A program made the translations under genes and the position numbers. Of a stretch of DNA of 64,000 bases, positions 27,081 to 40,269 are shown one piece after another; the first letter of the stretch is position 1, and every line of letters starts with the position of its first letter. The notes below the pieces were generated by a model. The model ran no database searches. It saw nothing but the letters and a program-made list of their open reading frames with translations, and was not told the DNA's origin. The stretch comes from Octopus bimaculoides (lineage: Eukaryota): contig NC_068992.1 in assembly GCF_001194135.2 (NCBI RefSeq), forward strand, positions 1,698,333-1,762,332, written 5' to 3'.

Positions 27081-28575
27081 ATATACTTTTATATATCTAA
27101 AATAGAGAAGAAAATAGTTACATTTCCATACACTGAACTTTGTTGCCCATTGCTTTTCCAGATTTTTGTCAGTAGTAATAAGACAACAAACATAAAATAT
27201 TCCAATTAACATTTCTTATTCTGTAATTTTTTGAAAATTCTTATTACAAATTTTTCCAACCACAAATTCATTGTCGCTCTACTATAGTTGGAACTTATAT
27301 TTATATACAAATTTACTACATGAAAATGTACGTTAATTGTCGGTTCATTGATAGACGTTGGATGTTGGTTTAGTGTTTATAAATAGTTAGTGCACTTTAG
27401 AAATGGTTTCTATAAGCTGTCTAAAAACTTACTCTTGCAGTGTGTTTGAAATTGCTGATCAGGCATTATTGGTCTTAATTTGTAATAATTTAGTGATCGA
27501 ATAATAATTTGCTTCTTAGATTATTTTCAAAACTTCAATTATTGTTTTGTTTTTATAAATCCAAGTTTTACATTCAAATTTATTTTACTAATCGCATTAT
27601 TTATCTGCCAAAATTGTTAAAGATTTCATCACATTCTATAGGTTGTAATTTTTTAACTTTTTCTGATATTTGCCGCCTACTTGGATGGGAAAAGCAGTAT
27701 TTATATATTTTTAGCATCCAACAAAATATCTTAATTCCTTTTATCACCTTTTATGATTGTCAATTCGTTATGATTTATAAATTCCTTTATATTTCCCTTT
27801 CACTAATTCTTCTATTTTAGTTTTGGTTATGTATAAGATTATTTGAAAAATTCAAACTCAGGTCACAAGAAACCTTCAAGCGTTTTATTCCCAAATTTAG
27901 CTGAAGAATATTCCTTTTGTCCCCACTGAGTGATTCAACATATTTCTTTTGATCGAATATTTTTTCTCTGAATTGCAATTTCTACAAACTTTTGAAATGT
28001 TTTTAATTTCCTTGCAATTTTGTCGCCGGATGATTGGAATAAATTTTAATCCTTTTATTATTATATCGATTTATTTTATTGCTAATGTCATATTTCATAA
28101 AGGTATTGCTCTTATGTGTGTGTTTGGTGCAATATGTATCTCTGCTTTTGTTGGTAGTGTGTAGGAAACAGTTACCAAAATTTTGTTCTCTGTGAATTAG
28201 TGCGGTTTGTTGACTAAATAATCAAATATTTTTACAGACTCCATATTCTTGGGTGAGATTAAAAGTTATTGCTGGAAAGAAAAATATTGATGATCTTATC
28301 TTCAAAATCATTTCTTAATTCTAGATTTCTAATTGTTGAGTCGATTTTAAACATTTACTACCATAACTAAATATACCATATAACTATTGGTACCAATAAT
28401 CTCAGTGAATTTCTAAAAATAAATATGCTTTTAACTTCTCATTCTAAAATGAATTACAACTGCCCTGCTATGTTTGCTTTCGATGGATGATTAAGGGAAT
28501 GTTTTAACAAATATCTTTTGTTAATATGTTATAACACATTCAATAAGCGTGGCAGTATCTGTACTGTCTGTATAC

Positions 28576-28858
28576 TATTAGGCTGTGAAGAAAGTTCGTG
28601 TGGAATTTTAAATTTTGGTTTTGATTATGTATTCGCAAATTAATTTTCGTTAAGTTTCTTTGACGTTATATATATTTTAAAGCCCATTTTTCGCTCTATC
28701 GAATCGTGTTAATCTTTCTCTTTTTGAATAATTAGGCCATTTTTTCTGGAATGTTGAGTACAACATTGACAAAAAGCAAATTCGCATAATTTTTTTTTAT
28801 TTCCAGTTCAAGCTAGGCCGAAAAGCTGCTAAAACAGCTCACGACATCAACGATTCAA
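28576..28858 (+). mobile_element. Mariner (Hsmar1-like) transposon 5' remnant
   Basis: The left end TATTAGGCTGTG.AGAAAGT resembles mariner TIRs. From 28751, with frameshifts, it reads M....(L)DKKQIRIIF(L)FQFKLGRKAAKTAHDIND, very like the Hsmar1 transposase start (MLDKKQIRAIFLFEFKMGRKAAETTRNINN). Confidence 0.85.
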
Positions 28859-30996
28859 TGCTTTTCTTCTGTGTCTTGGTTGATTTACGATACATTTGTG
28901 TCACATTAGCACCTATCCGTCAGTTCTGTTTAACCCATTAAGTCTCACTGTCCAATAAATAGGACACTAAATGAGAACATTCAATAAGCTATATCACATT
29001 GTCTCAGAGTCCTATTTATAAGACACTGAGTATTTTCATTTCTACTTCAAGTAAAGGAGTTTTAATATATTTTATTTTCACTTTAACCTATTTTCAATCA
29101 TCTGTAAAAATTTTAAAGTAATATTCAGAAATTGAAGTACTCTGGAATTAAATGAGTTAAGCTCAAAACAAACCTTAGAATGCTGGTCTCTTCATGTTGA
29201 CATCTTGGTGATTTTCTTATTTTTGCGTCGTTGTTTGGTATATGCTATGTGAATGAAGCCAAATATATCTTAAGCCTTTTCCTTTCTTCCGGGAAAGAGA
29301 GAGAAAAGGCGGTTTAGAGAGTGACTGAGAGAGAGCCTATCAATATAATTGTTTGTATGAAAGTTGGCAGTTTTTGCTTGGATCATGGAAGTTTTTCTAT
29401 ACATGGTGCTAATTGGCCGTACACATAGATATTGCTATCAATACATGTACCCCAAATGCATAGTAGAATAGTCCATTCATGTAAGAGAAAAACCTCAACT
29501 CACACTCAAGCCTGGGGTACTATATTTCGGTCAACTTATCTTTGTGTACATCATTTTTTATTATGATGTATTTTTATCAACGCCTTGTTATTTGTTGCAC
29601 TCACAGCGTGAAATAATGGAAACAGCATCATCATGTACGCAATGGCTTCGGCGTTTGGTGGGAAGAAGTGTGGTTTCACCAATGTGCTAAATATGACGAT
29701 TTCTTTGTGCCAATGAATTAGATTGCTCCCTCTTGATTCTATAGAACACATCACACAAAGACTTTGCTTTGTTTTTCTTTTTGCAAAAGAAATGAAAATT
29801 GATTATTGTCAAAGAATACTTTTCTTAGAAGATTACTTTTGAAATATTTATAATATCGATGTCAAATGTATCGTTACCAGTTACATGTAAGAGTATTGTT
29901 GAACAGGTGTGTTTGTGATCCTTTCAGTTGTGGCAGCTAATCCAGGAGGTATTTTAGCATACTGCAAAGACTTCAGCCACAGGAATAGAGAATGGTATCA
30001 TGTGCCTTACTCTAATGGAACCATACTCACAAACAAGTACTGACATCTTTTGAGTAAAATATTTCTTTTCTTTCCTCCCAGATCTTCAGCGATATTACAT
30101 AAGATATTGCTCAGAAGCTATTCTTCTTTTACTATGCTATAGTCTTTCTTTGTCCACTTTAATCGAGCTTGCGAATCAGAAGCAAACACGTGATTAATGC
30201 TTGCACATTCAATTACGTTTTCCTCGTGACGTTCTATTTCATTCTACGATTGATGCTTATGATGCTTATGGCTTTTTCTCAGCATCTTTTAGTGTAGAAT
30301 GTTCTGTACATTTTCGATAGTTTATCCATGAGATGCTGATATTGTGCAGTTAAATTATTCCTTGTCCACCTTATTATGGTATTTAAATGTCTGATTCTGT
30401 GTCATAAATATTTTCGTTTTCTTTTATTTTTCATTAACCAACTGCATTCCTGATCTTTGAGCTATTTCAATACCATTTTCACTGCAGATACCTCCCAAGT
30501 GATTCTTCAATGTGAAAACAGGTAATGAATGTATTGTATTTTTATACAGTTTTTCAGCGATATATTTCATAGTTTTATTCAAGAAAGTATGAGTTTTGTT
30601 CCCTGCTCTCATCAAAACTTTGTGAAAGCAATTTATCTAAAAGTAACTTCGTGGAATTGGAAAGCCAGTAATAAAATTCTTTCAAAAATTTCAGTTGAAC
30701 TTTTTCAAATTGTATCTATTCCACTGTCCTTTTGACGGACGGATTTTATACAGAAATATGTGAGATGTCTGATAATACTTGTAGTGGGGAATAATGTACA
30801 TTACTATCTTTCAGTTGTGTGATAAAGTTCGACATCGTCAGAGAATCGACAAAACAACACTGTCAACAAACCATACAATAAAACCAACCACACAACAAAC
30901 GCTGACATGATCGCCGAAGTGAAGGAGCTAGATTTCCACCTAAATCTATGAAAATGTATATATAAATATTCTCCCTCTGTTTATTTCCTCGTGTTC

Positions 30997-31032
30997 CTTT
31001 CTGCTGAGGAGCGTAGGCTCGAAACGTAAAAG
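30997..31032 (+). ncRNA. Minimal type I hammerhead-like motif with a variant core (family B) in a Penelope-like tail
   Basis: Stem I CTTT/AAAG; core CTGCTGA (A6 replaced by C) plus one extra G; stem II GAGC-GTAG-GCTC; GAAA 31021-31024; CGT-A (loopless palindromic stem III, GUA triplet). Confidence 0.5.
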
Positions 31033-31747
31033 ACTTTCTCGCCTTCCCTGTTTGTAGTTTATACAGCTGCTTTCGTCTTTTGTTTTTCTGTAAATTTCCA
31101 CCATATATGAATATATGCGTGTGTTTATGTGTGATTAACATATTTACTTGTTTCATATATGATTTATACGTGTAAATATTTAAATGTATATAAATATGTA
31201 TTACCGGTGTCCTTTCTATGGCAAGTTTGGCCAAACATCTGCGAAAGCACAGCAAGACTATCTGAAAAAACTGGCTGCACCCCTCATTGCTTGCAACTAC
31301 ACTCTTAACACCTCACCACTGTTATTAAATACACAGTCCGCCGACTTGGGCTGAGTGATCTTGGAGCCAGTTTGATCGCAAATGGCGCTGTCAAAATGAA
31401 ATATAGCAGTGCTGATGGCGCACTACATTTTGCGGTCCTTAATTTCTACATTTTCTTCGCTCGACGGAAGAGTGAAGTTTTCCTCAGAGTGATATGAATG
31501 ATTGGAGAGAGTTCGGAACAAAGTAAACACAGATGCATACGCAAACAGACAGGCACACACACACAAGTCCACACACAGGGAGACTCATACGAACACACAC
31601 ATATATGTAACAGCGACGTGTGTTTGTATAAACCAACTTACGTTTGATTTTTAGAAGCGTCAAACGTGTCTCGTACGATACAACCAAGAAAGTGATATTT
31701 CGAACACAGTATCATCAGTAAAACAGCAGAAAAATATACATATATAG

Positions 31748-31826
<79 letters not shown>

Positions 31827-32049
31827 ACATAGTCATAACATGTATTGACTAGTGTTTGTCTATGAGAACTTGTAAGGGGCACCGTATTTCGTTATGCAAG
31901 CCTAATATACTACAAAGTATATTAAACGCTTTATAAGTCAATACGGAGTTCTACTCTGTTATAAAAATTATGCAGAGGTAGTCATAGCAAGTCTCTGAGA
32001 ATATACACGATTACTTATACAGTTTTTATTATATTCAGTGTTCTGTAGT

Positions 32050-32174
32050 TTAAAGTTATTGAGTGTTAATAAAATTTTTCATATTCATCTTTCTTAGTAA
32101 TCAACAAAAAAGCAAATCCTATTACAACGGATCCAGAATGCTTTTTTTTATGATTATTATTGGAATGAATCCTT
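32050..32174 (+). repeat. Direct repeat, copy 1 (partner 34111-34239)
   Basis: GTGTTAATAAAAT.TTTCATATTCATCTTTCTTAGTAATCAACA.AAAAGCAAATCCTATTACAACGGATCCAGAA is shared with the second copy. Confidence 0.9.
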
Positions 32175-32761
32175 CTATCAGCTCTCAACATTCAACACCA
32201 GGACCATTTCATTCACCGAATGTCGGTCAACCGTAAAAAGAAAACAAGTCTACGCTCAATAACTGATATGCAGTTTTATTGCATAGCTTGCATTTATGTA
32301 TAACATAATAATCACTTAACATTCCAAAGTATCCTAACCTCGATAAAGTAATATATTTAATAATTGTCAGTAAAAAAGATAATACTGTAACATCGAAAGA
32401 AATGTCTAACTTTCTTTGATAAGCAACAATTATTGTCTGCTACTGTTGGTATAGTACTGAACTAAACCAACTAAAAGGCAAGATCTTCGTTTAGATGCCT
32501 TTTCAGCTTTTAGTAAATTAATGCCAGATAAAAATTAACTTTCATCGTAAGTTCTTCACATTCTATTTAATTTACAAAAGTAGCCATCAGCCGTTGAATG
32601 CATAAAATATGACCTGATATGCACAAAGTTTCTGAATCACGTGTGCCTCTAAGCAATGGATTCTGCCTTTGCTAGCGTAAAGCTATTTACGAGGAAAGTA
32701 GAATGTATCTGATACTCTTTGCAAATTCTGTTTCTATGAGAAAATTCAGGAGCTTTGTGTT

Positions 32762-32827
<66 letters not shown>

Positions 32828-33384
32828 TGTGCACCAACATTATGTGTTATTGAAATTTCTCGAATTTACGTGACTGCTGCCAAAGAGAGAATGGTGTATT
32901 TACTCTTCGTTTAATTTTCAAGGGACTCAAACGTGACAAACAATGCATCTGCAACTTCTCGAGCTCAAACGAAATAGTCTGCCTAACATTGTCTTCGACA
33001 GGTTTGCACCAGCTATAGCCATCCATTAATATTCCATTATTGAATTTGACATTGACAGAACTCCGAACAAGCCGCTCGATATCAGAATTATCGAATATTT
33101 CATCTGTGCTTCTCTGGAACATAAAGTTAGCCTTATAAGTATCATGGCACTATGTCATCGATGTCCCTATTACCTAAACCAGTCAAAAATATTTTGATGC
33201 GGGACTACACGATAACCACAAACTGGAGAGTCAAATGTTTACTCAATGTTCTCCACACAAACTGATTGTTACATGACCGTTGTTTTAGATATATCTTTCT
33301 TGGACAAATATTAGACTATAAATTTCAGTGTTCCGACTCGCATCTTTACACATTATGGACTCACTCAAAGTCGATCAGCTCTGG

Positions 33385-33535
33385 CAATTTTGTAATTTAT
33401 TACCTGCTATTAAGCCTGTAATTCAGAAATCCTGTAAATATGAATCATCTGGTGACAGGTTCATTCGATCGGAAATAAATATAATGTGCAATGAAGGCAT
33501 TATCGAACTACCAAACACAGCTCAACGGGAACATC
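33385..33535 (+). mobile_element. Ty3/gypsy pol remnant (segment just upstream of the RT core)
   Basis: FCNLLPAIKPVIQKSCKYESSGDRFIRSEINIMCNEGIIE matches the F.NL...CKPI..KSRRY...D..FI..E+..L..EGIIEPS pattern that precedes gypsy RT motif 1. Confidence 0.7.
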
Positions 33536-34110
33536 AAAAGGAAGTCAATTCAGGACTAAACGGACTCTATTAACACATTCATTAACAACTTCACACAGTT
33601 TCCTAATTAGAAGACAAAGTTCACAACTATATTCATGCATGAGATTACTTAGTGCGAGTGGCTTGTGTAGCCCCGTGCTGCTGTCTTAAAATAATTTACA
33701 TGCCTACATGCATACACACATAAAGTTATATAAATAGATACGTATGTGTCCGTGTGTACCTGTATATAAACACACATATGTATATACAAATATACATATC
33801 ATCACACTCACACACGCGCGAGCGCACATACATATATATTGTGGTATCTTCCGTCGATGACATATGAGTGATGGAATCGTCTAGAACGACCAGCACAAGT
33901 GATGTTTATACAGATGAAATTCATGTACTGTACATTGTCTCACTCCCTCCATCGTACGTCGATTTGATGGAGGGCGCACGGTGCACAATAAGGTAAGTGA
34001 AAATACAGAATAAGGTAAGCGAATGTGCACGATAAGGCAAGCAGGTCTGATGCACTCAAACATTTTGCAAAATTACTTTACTTCAAATCTTATTAAAGAA
34101 CTACTAAAGC

Positions 34111-34239
34111 TTAAACTTATTCAGTGTTAATAAAATCTTTCATATTCATCTTTCTTAGTAATCAACAGAAAAGCAAATCCTATTACAACGGATCCAGAAC
34201 GTTTTTTTTTTTTAATGATTATTATAGAAATGAATCCTT
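34111..34239 (+). repeat. Direct repeat, copy 2 (partner 32050-32174)
   Basis: See copy 1; the offset is about 2.06 kb. Confidence 0.9.
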
Positions 34240-37200
34240 ATAGCAACGCTTCTCTGAAACGTCATATTTCTGAAGAATTAAAATAGGAATAATAAGTAGT
34301 GTATTTGTAAGTTCCGATATGCAGTGACGTTAATTATGTTCTTCAAAAAGCAAATGAAGGTTGCCCGCATTAACAAAATGAACGAAAATCTTTGGTAGAT
34401 TCCGAGGATATGGTATAATATTGATCTTACACACCAACAGAAGAACGAGCAAAATCGCAAACCGACTTACTAACAGAAATACATGCTCACTAATTGCTCC
34501 ATCAAAATATAGGATGGAAACGTCTCGAAGGTGCCTATTACGGACATCGGTAACGATGCTGACACCTGATTCGGGGTCTCTGACCGCAAAATATTCCCAG
34601 AGATGTTTCCGAATTAGCGTGTTGTGTACTAATCACACGTAGGGCGGAAAGATTAGCTGCTGCACATTTAGTTGTTTAACTTGTTGAAATGTATTCTGCG
34701 AAGAACATTTGAGAGAAGAAATATCACAAGAATATATTTTGCAAATCTGGAGACGTCGGAAGTATTTTTACGTTCTCATTTCCTGGACGAAAGAAAATTG
34801 ATATTGTTTCGCCCGCGGGTGGAATCATAGAGGAAGTAATAGAAAGAGAGAACGAACAATTTATAAAATGAACAAAATAGACACTGATCATTTGAAAAAA
34901 TAACAAAACATCTGCATTAATTGCAGCTACGGGAAAACTTGTACATCTCAGAACATCAGAAGAGCTAGATGACAAAATGCAATTGCCTTCCGTTTTGACG
35001 ATGGCTATTTTTTTTTCTACCACAGAGATTTTTGAAATGTTGTAGAAGAAATGGGAACTCTTAGAGCCAGTTACCCCTTCGTAATAAAACAGCTAAATTT
35101 GATTTATGTACAAGAAGAGAGAAGACACGTCATCTATATGTAGATCGATGACTATCAGTTGGTTCCCAATTGGATCATAACATATAGTATTCATAATGCA
35201 ACACGAAAGCTGCATGACAACATGACGTTATTTTAACCGAAAATCTCTTCACTCGAAGACGAATCGTATGTGGAAACAGTAATCAGTTTTAATTTCAATG
35301 TTCAGATTAAAAGTATAAAATGTGTTTAGTGATAAAATATGTAAAGATACTAGTAATCCGCTCAACAATTAGCAAAAGGATTAGCTACTGACTTCTTGCC
35401 AATGCGTGAATCGAAATTACTAAATGATATTACTGTTATTACTCACTGAAGAGAACTGTATACTGCTCGAAGTATTGTAATATTCGAAAGCAAGAAAATT
35501 TTCGATAAAAACCTTTGAGCAGCGCAGGTTAGATGTTAGGCAAAAGTATAAAAGGTGATATTAAATGAAAACAAAGAGAAAATACTTTACATGCGTTGAA
35601 AACTACAGATGTTTCTAGTGTTTTGTGCGAAAATCATTGATGAATTACCGTATTTATTATTGTGGTTCGTTCAAACAGGTTGCAGAAAATAATGTGATGT
35701 AGCAATATCAGCTTCAGAAATGGCAATTTATTGCGAGTGTATGAAGGAATTGTGGGAAAAGATTTAGAAAAAAGCTAAAGTGAAATAGTTATTTTGGTAA
35801 TCTCCATGTTTAAATAGCGTAGGTTATATGAAGCTCTTTATTGTGATAAAACATGTAGTAGTAATCTGAAAATTGTGTGTTACATATTAAATTCCCAAGT
35901 TGAGCAAGTGTAAGTGAAATATAAGTGAGCACCGGTGTGCAGAAAAGAGAGTGTGTGGCGTTTAATCCGGTCTGTTTTTGATTTCTGGGTTTTGCTTTTC
36001 AATGCGAATGGCCTTCTTGATTAGTGAATTAGCAAAATTCCTCATTATACGGTTGCAGTATTACTGCAGATGGTATTTTTAACCTAGAAAGTGTGTGTCG
36101 GTATGTTTTCTTTAATCTGGAGCCGGAATTTCCGTTTGTGCTACTGATATAGTGATAGCTACATGCATCGCATATTTAGCTAGAACAATACATATGCACG
36201 CAGACATATTTTTTTGTCACAGATCGAACAGATTGTTTCCACACAGAAATTATTTGTTTGGGGAAGTTGAACTTTGACGGACTCTCAGAATACAGAGGGT
36301 TAAAATAAGTACAAATATATGTCAAATCATTTTCTTCGAACGACTTTCAGAATGACGGTGGTAGTCGTCTCGCTAAGATCTGGACATTTAGGGAAATGTC
36401 TTTTTGTGGTAGTCAATGTGAATGAGTAAAATGTAGTGTATCCATGAGAATTTTTGGTTATAAATATTGGTTGCATTTCTACTTCTGCTACGAAATAAAT
36501 CAATTCCTGGCAGTTGTATTTGTATTTGGGAGATCCTTGGACAGCTTTGTTCTCCATTATCGGCACATGAAGATATTAAGTGCTTAGTTATCTTAGCTAA
36601 CCATCCTAAATACCGCCTAACCGGATAGTGATTGAGAACGCAAGGTTACTAATATGACACGTGCATTCAAAGAACATGCGTATAAGCATACAAAAAATTG
36701 CTTATATACATATACAATTGCTTATATACATATACACACATATGTAGATTAAGACATATACAAATAGATTTCGTCAATGAGTTATATGACACTAGTTTAA
36801 GCGTAACATAGATCAACACCATACTAGAAGTAACGAAAATCTTAAACTCTTGAAATCCACCGTCCTAATCAGAGGAAAAGTTATACCACAGTAGAAGAGA
36901 TTCTAATTTAAATTGTAGAGCTCACGCGTTTGATAAAATGATAAATGATAGATAAAATTCGTAAATATAGCATTTTATCATTTGTGTTGCTTACAGCCGA
37001 TTTTATACAGACGTAGCCATGTAAGAACGAATGAAAAGTAGATAATGCTTTACATCTGTTTCAAAATTTCAGCGACTGGTTGAAGCAATAAGTTATATTA
37101 TGCAAACAGGTCTGCATTGATGTAATGAAGTACATCAAAGATTTTTTTTTTAATTTTGAACTCCTAAACTCGAATTCTACAAATTCAAACCATAATTTTA

Positions 37201-38070
37201 GAAGAGTTTCTCTCTTCGGAATAAAATTGTGGCAGAATGCAATTCCTTTAGCAGCAGGCTGGTACTTAAGAGTATGGAAATGTCAATCAAGAAACCAGTG
37301 GGAAATAGGATGAGTGATAGTGCGGTAGTTATAGCGATTTAAAGGAAGGTCGTGAAGTGTAGAGCGACGTGACGTAAGAAAAGTGGAATAGAAAACGGAT
37401 AAAGAAGAATGAAGGAAAAATAAAAGAGAAGCAGATGATAAATGGAAGGGCGATAATCAGCTTGAAAGACACAGGCTAGTCGTGACAGGCCATAAACCAG
37501 AAAAGTATCCAGCTGAGTTCATCAAAAGAATGAAAGTAAGAAATATAGGTTCCATTCCGAAGCGAGTGACAGAAGACGCTTTCCAGCCTAATTGAGAGTA
37601 GATTTAACCAAGTATGTAGCGTATGGTAGAAGCATCAAACGGGTAGGAAGCATGGTAAAAGTATAAAGAATCAAAGGATGAAGAACAGGAGTGAAAAATA
37701 CTAGAATAATCGGGAATCAGTAAAAATAAAACGACGAAAAATACAAGGTATTCAATTTAAAATGTTTAGTACGAAGGTGAGATAAATGTTTTATAACTAT
37801 AGAAATATAACGTTTAAATTTTAATGTACCACAAGTATATAGGTATATTTCATCTATAATTAGGCCTAGATTATAAGTAAAATGAAGTTTAGATGTTAAA
37901 AGATAGTGAGGTAGTGAAAATATAGGTATAAGATATTTAATGCAATTGAAGAATATGGTAAATAGGAAACGCTTAAAAAAGTGATGACAGAATAAAATTG
38001 CGTCGTAATATATAGATTGTATATTGTGCGTTGTCTTGATAAAATTCTCCTGTTTTGAAACTATACCACC

Positions 38071-38177
38071 TTCCGCCGAAGCTGACTTTGCTTTTCTGTA
38101 CCAATTGAGCACTGAGGTCAATGTAATCGACCTGCCGCTCCCCTAAAATTTCTGGCTTCTTGACCAGATTTGAAATT
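38071..38177 (+). mobile_element. SINE family 1, internally deleted fragment
   Basis: TTCCGCCGAAG.TGACTTTGC joined to GTACCAATTGAGCACTGAGGTCAATGTAATCGAC...CCCTAAAATTTCTGGC. Confidence 0.65.
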
Positions 38178-38405
38178 AATATTAGACCAGATTATTTCAG
38201 TGGAAATATTTTTAACCCAGAGGTAACACACACATTTTGCTTATGCAGTGAAATATTTGCGCTTTATATTAGAAAGTGAGTAAAGGCGTCGAACTGGAAG
38301 AACCGTTTTCTCCACAATAAACTACCTTTAGAAGTTAAAATGTGTCAGATCATATTTTAAGTAATCTAAACTCCATATATTTACATATACACATATATAA
38401 ATATG

Positions 38406-38470
<65 letters not shown>

Positions 38471-38471
<1 letters not shown>

Positions 38472-38619
38472 CGCAGGAGTAGGTGTGTGGTAAGTAGCTT
38501 GCTTACCAACCATATGGTTCTAGGTTCGTGGCATCATGGGCAAATGTCTTCTACTATAGCCTGGAGCCGACCAGAGCCTTGTGAGTGGGTTTGTTAGACA
38601 GATACTGAAAGAAGCCCGT

Positions 38620-38621
<2 letters not shown>
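38471..38621 (+). mobile_element. SINE family 2, 5' part (runs into (TA)n and an N gap)
   Basis: GCGCAGGAGTAGGTGTGTGGTAAGTAGCTTGCTTACCAACCA...CTACTATAGCC...CTGAAAGAAGCCCGTC. Confidence 0.85.
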
Positions 38622-38650
<29 letters not shown>

Positions 38651-38685
38651 NNNNNNNNNNNNNNNNNNNNNNNNNNNNNNNNNNN

Positions 38686-38746
<61 letters not shown>

Positions 38747-40269
38747 TGATCACTTATTTGGGGATAGTAGAATTTTTATGTGGGTGTTCAGTGCTTCAGG
38801 CACACATAGACGCTTTCAAATGAAAACTTCGAGAAGGGAAATGAAAACCGTTAACAATTAACAAATGATATTCTCTCAGCAGAATATTGCGAACATAACA
38901 GACCAAGCCGTCGGCATTATTACAGGTTTTTAATTACTCATGCTTTCTTTATATATATATATTTTTTAAAGAATACTATGCGTTACATCATGTCCATTTA
39001 TAAGTCTAAACTGCAGGACGTTAGATAAACGTACACATATACACAAGTATAAACACACCCAGAAAAACAGAGATATCAAGACTGTCTTCTGAGCTATGAT
39101 ATTAACTCTTTTAGGCATGGAAATGTTGTGTGGTATGTCTATAGAAATTATATCGAGTGGTGGACACGAAATCAGTCTCTACTCACAGTTTCCAAATGCT
39201 GAAACCAAGCCGTTTTTTAATGATGTAATTACATGCAGCGCACATGAATTTATGACATTTAACAGACCAAATATCATATCGCTACACCGACATAGAGTCG
39301 TATCTATTTAAAGACATCGAGCCATTTTCAGAAATCTAAAACCTTCCTTTTGCATACGACTAATTAACTGAATTGTTCATGTAATTATCCTGATTCATTG
39401 CTTAAATTCCTTTATATTTTCGTGTTTGTGCTTTTTTCCTTGCCTTCCTGCATTCATCAGTGTGATAGAAGCATGAATTAGATCATGCAATGTTGTAAAA
39501 TTGGATCCTTGCAAACGTGACGCAAACTGGAGTGGGTAAGTATCGAGAGTAGCCTACATGCAGTTATTTAATCCTCTCATCAGTTGGTTTGGTGAATCAT
39601 ATTCGACGGGTAATTTTTAAAATTTCGATTATATCTATGCAGAAAATCATTTACTGCTATTCATCAATTCTTACATTATAGAAAGGTATTGATATTATTA
39701 AATTTCGAATATCTTTTTGATAGGACGAAGTATAGAATATATTTTCCAATTCTTTCTTCAATCTGTTTTTCTAAATTCACTGAAAGCAAGCTAACGATAT
39801 CACGGAGTTGTCCACGCTCTACGCAACATTTACGTTGAGATAACGAATCGGACAGACGGGTAGTTTTTGAATTGTAACAAATATCTATATCTGTTTATGT
39901 ATCATGCTATCTATGTATCTGTCTACTTAGATAGATAGATAGATGGATAGATAGATAGATAGATAGACAGATACATACATACATACATACATACATACAC
40001 ATATATATACATATACGCATACACATCCTCACGCTACCTACGCACATGCACACACATGCACACACACACACATGCACACACACGCATAAGTAAGTGTATT
40101 TATATATTTGTGTGTGTCTGCGTGTGTGTATATTACACTATACATGTTTGCGTGAGTGTGTCTGTGTAGATGTATATATAATTATGTATATTTATGGCAT
40201 CGAATATAGCAGTCGGAATCATAGCTGAATGTTTTGACTCTATTATCAATGAATGAAGAATAGATTTAA

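Noticed and set aside
32847-33122. Minus-strand 91 aa ORF (…VRQTISFELEKLQ…LSPL…)
   Set aside because: Only a faint resemblance to the pre-RT region of gypsy elements; opposite in orientation to the 33385 remnant and with no diagnostic motif.
34724-35023. Plus-frame peptide KIDIVSPAGGIIEEVIERE resembling a lipoyl/biotinyl domain strand
   Set aside because: Surrounded by in-frame stops, lacks the conserved lipoyl-lysine motif and has no splice signals; probably coincidental.
37200-37700. Purine-rich segment that may be a CR1/Jockey-like LINE 3' remnant on the minus strand
   Set aside because: Only short, weak peptide resemblances (FKLII.LP, SSLSVFY) amid many stops; the family cannot be supported.
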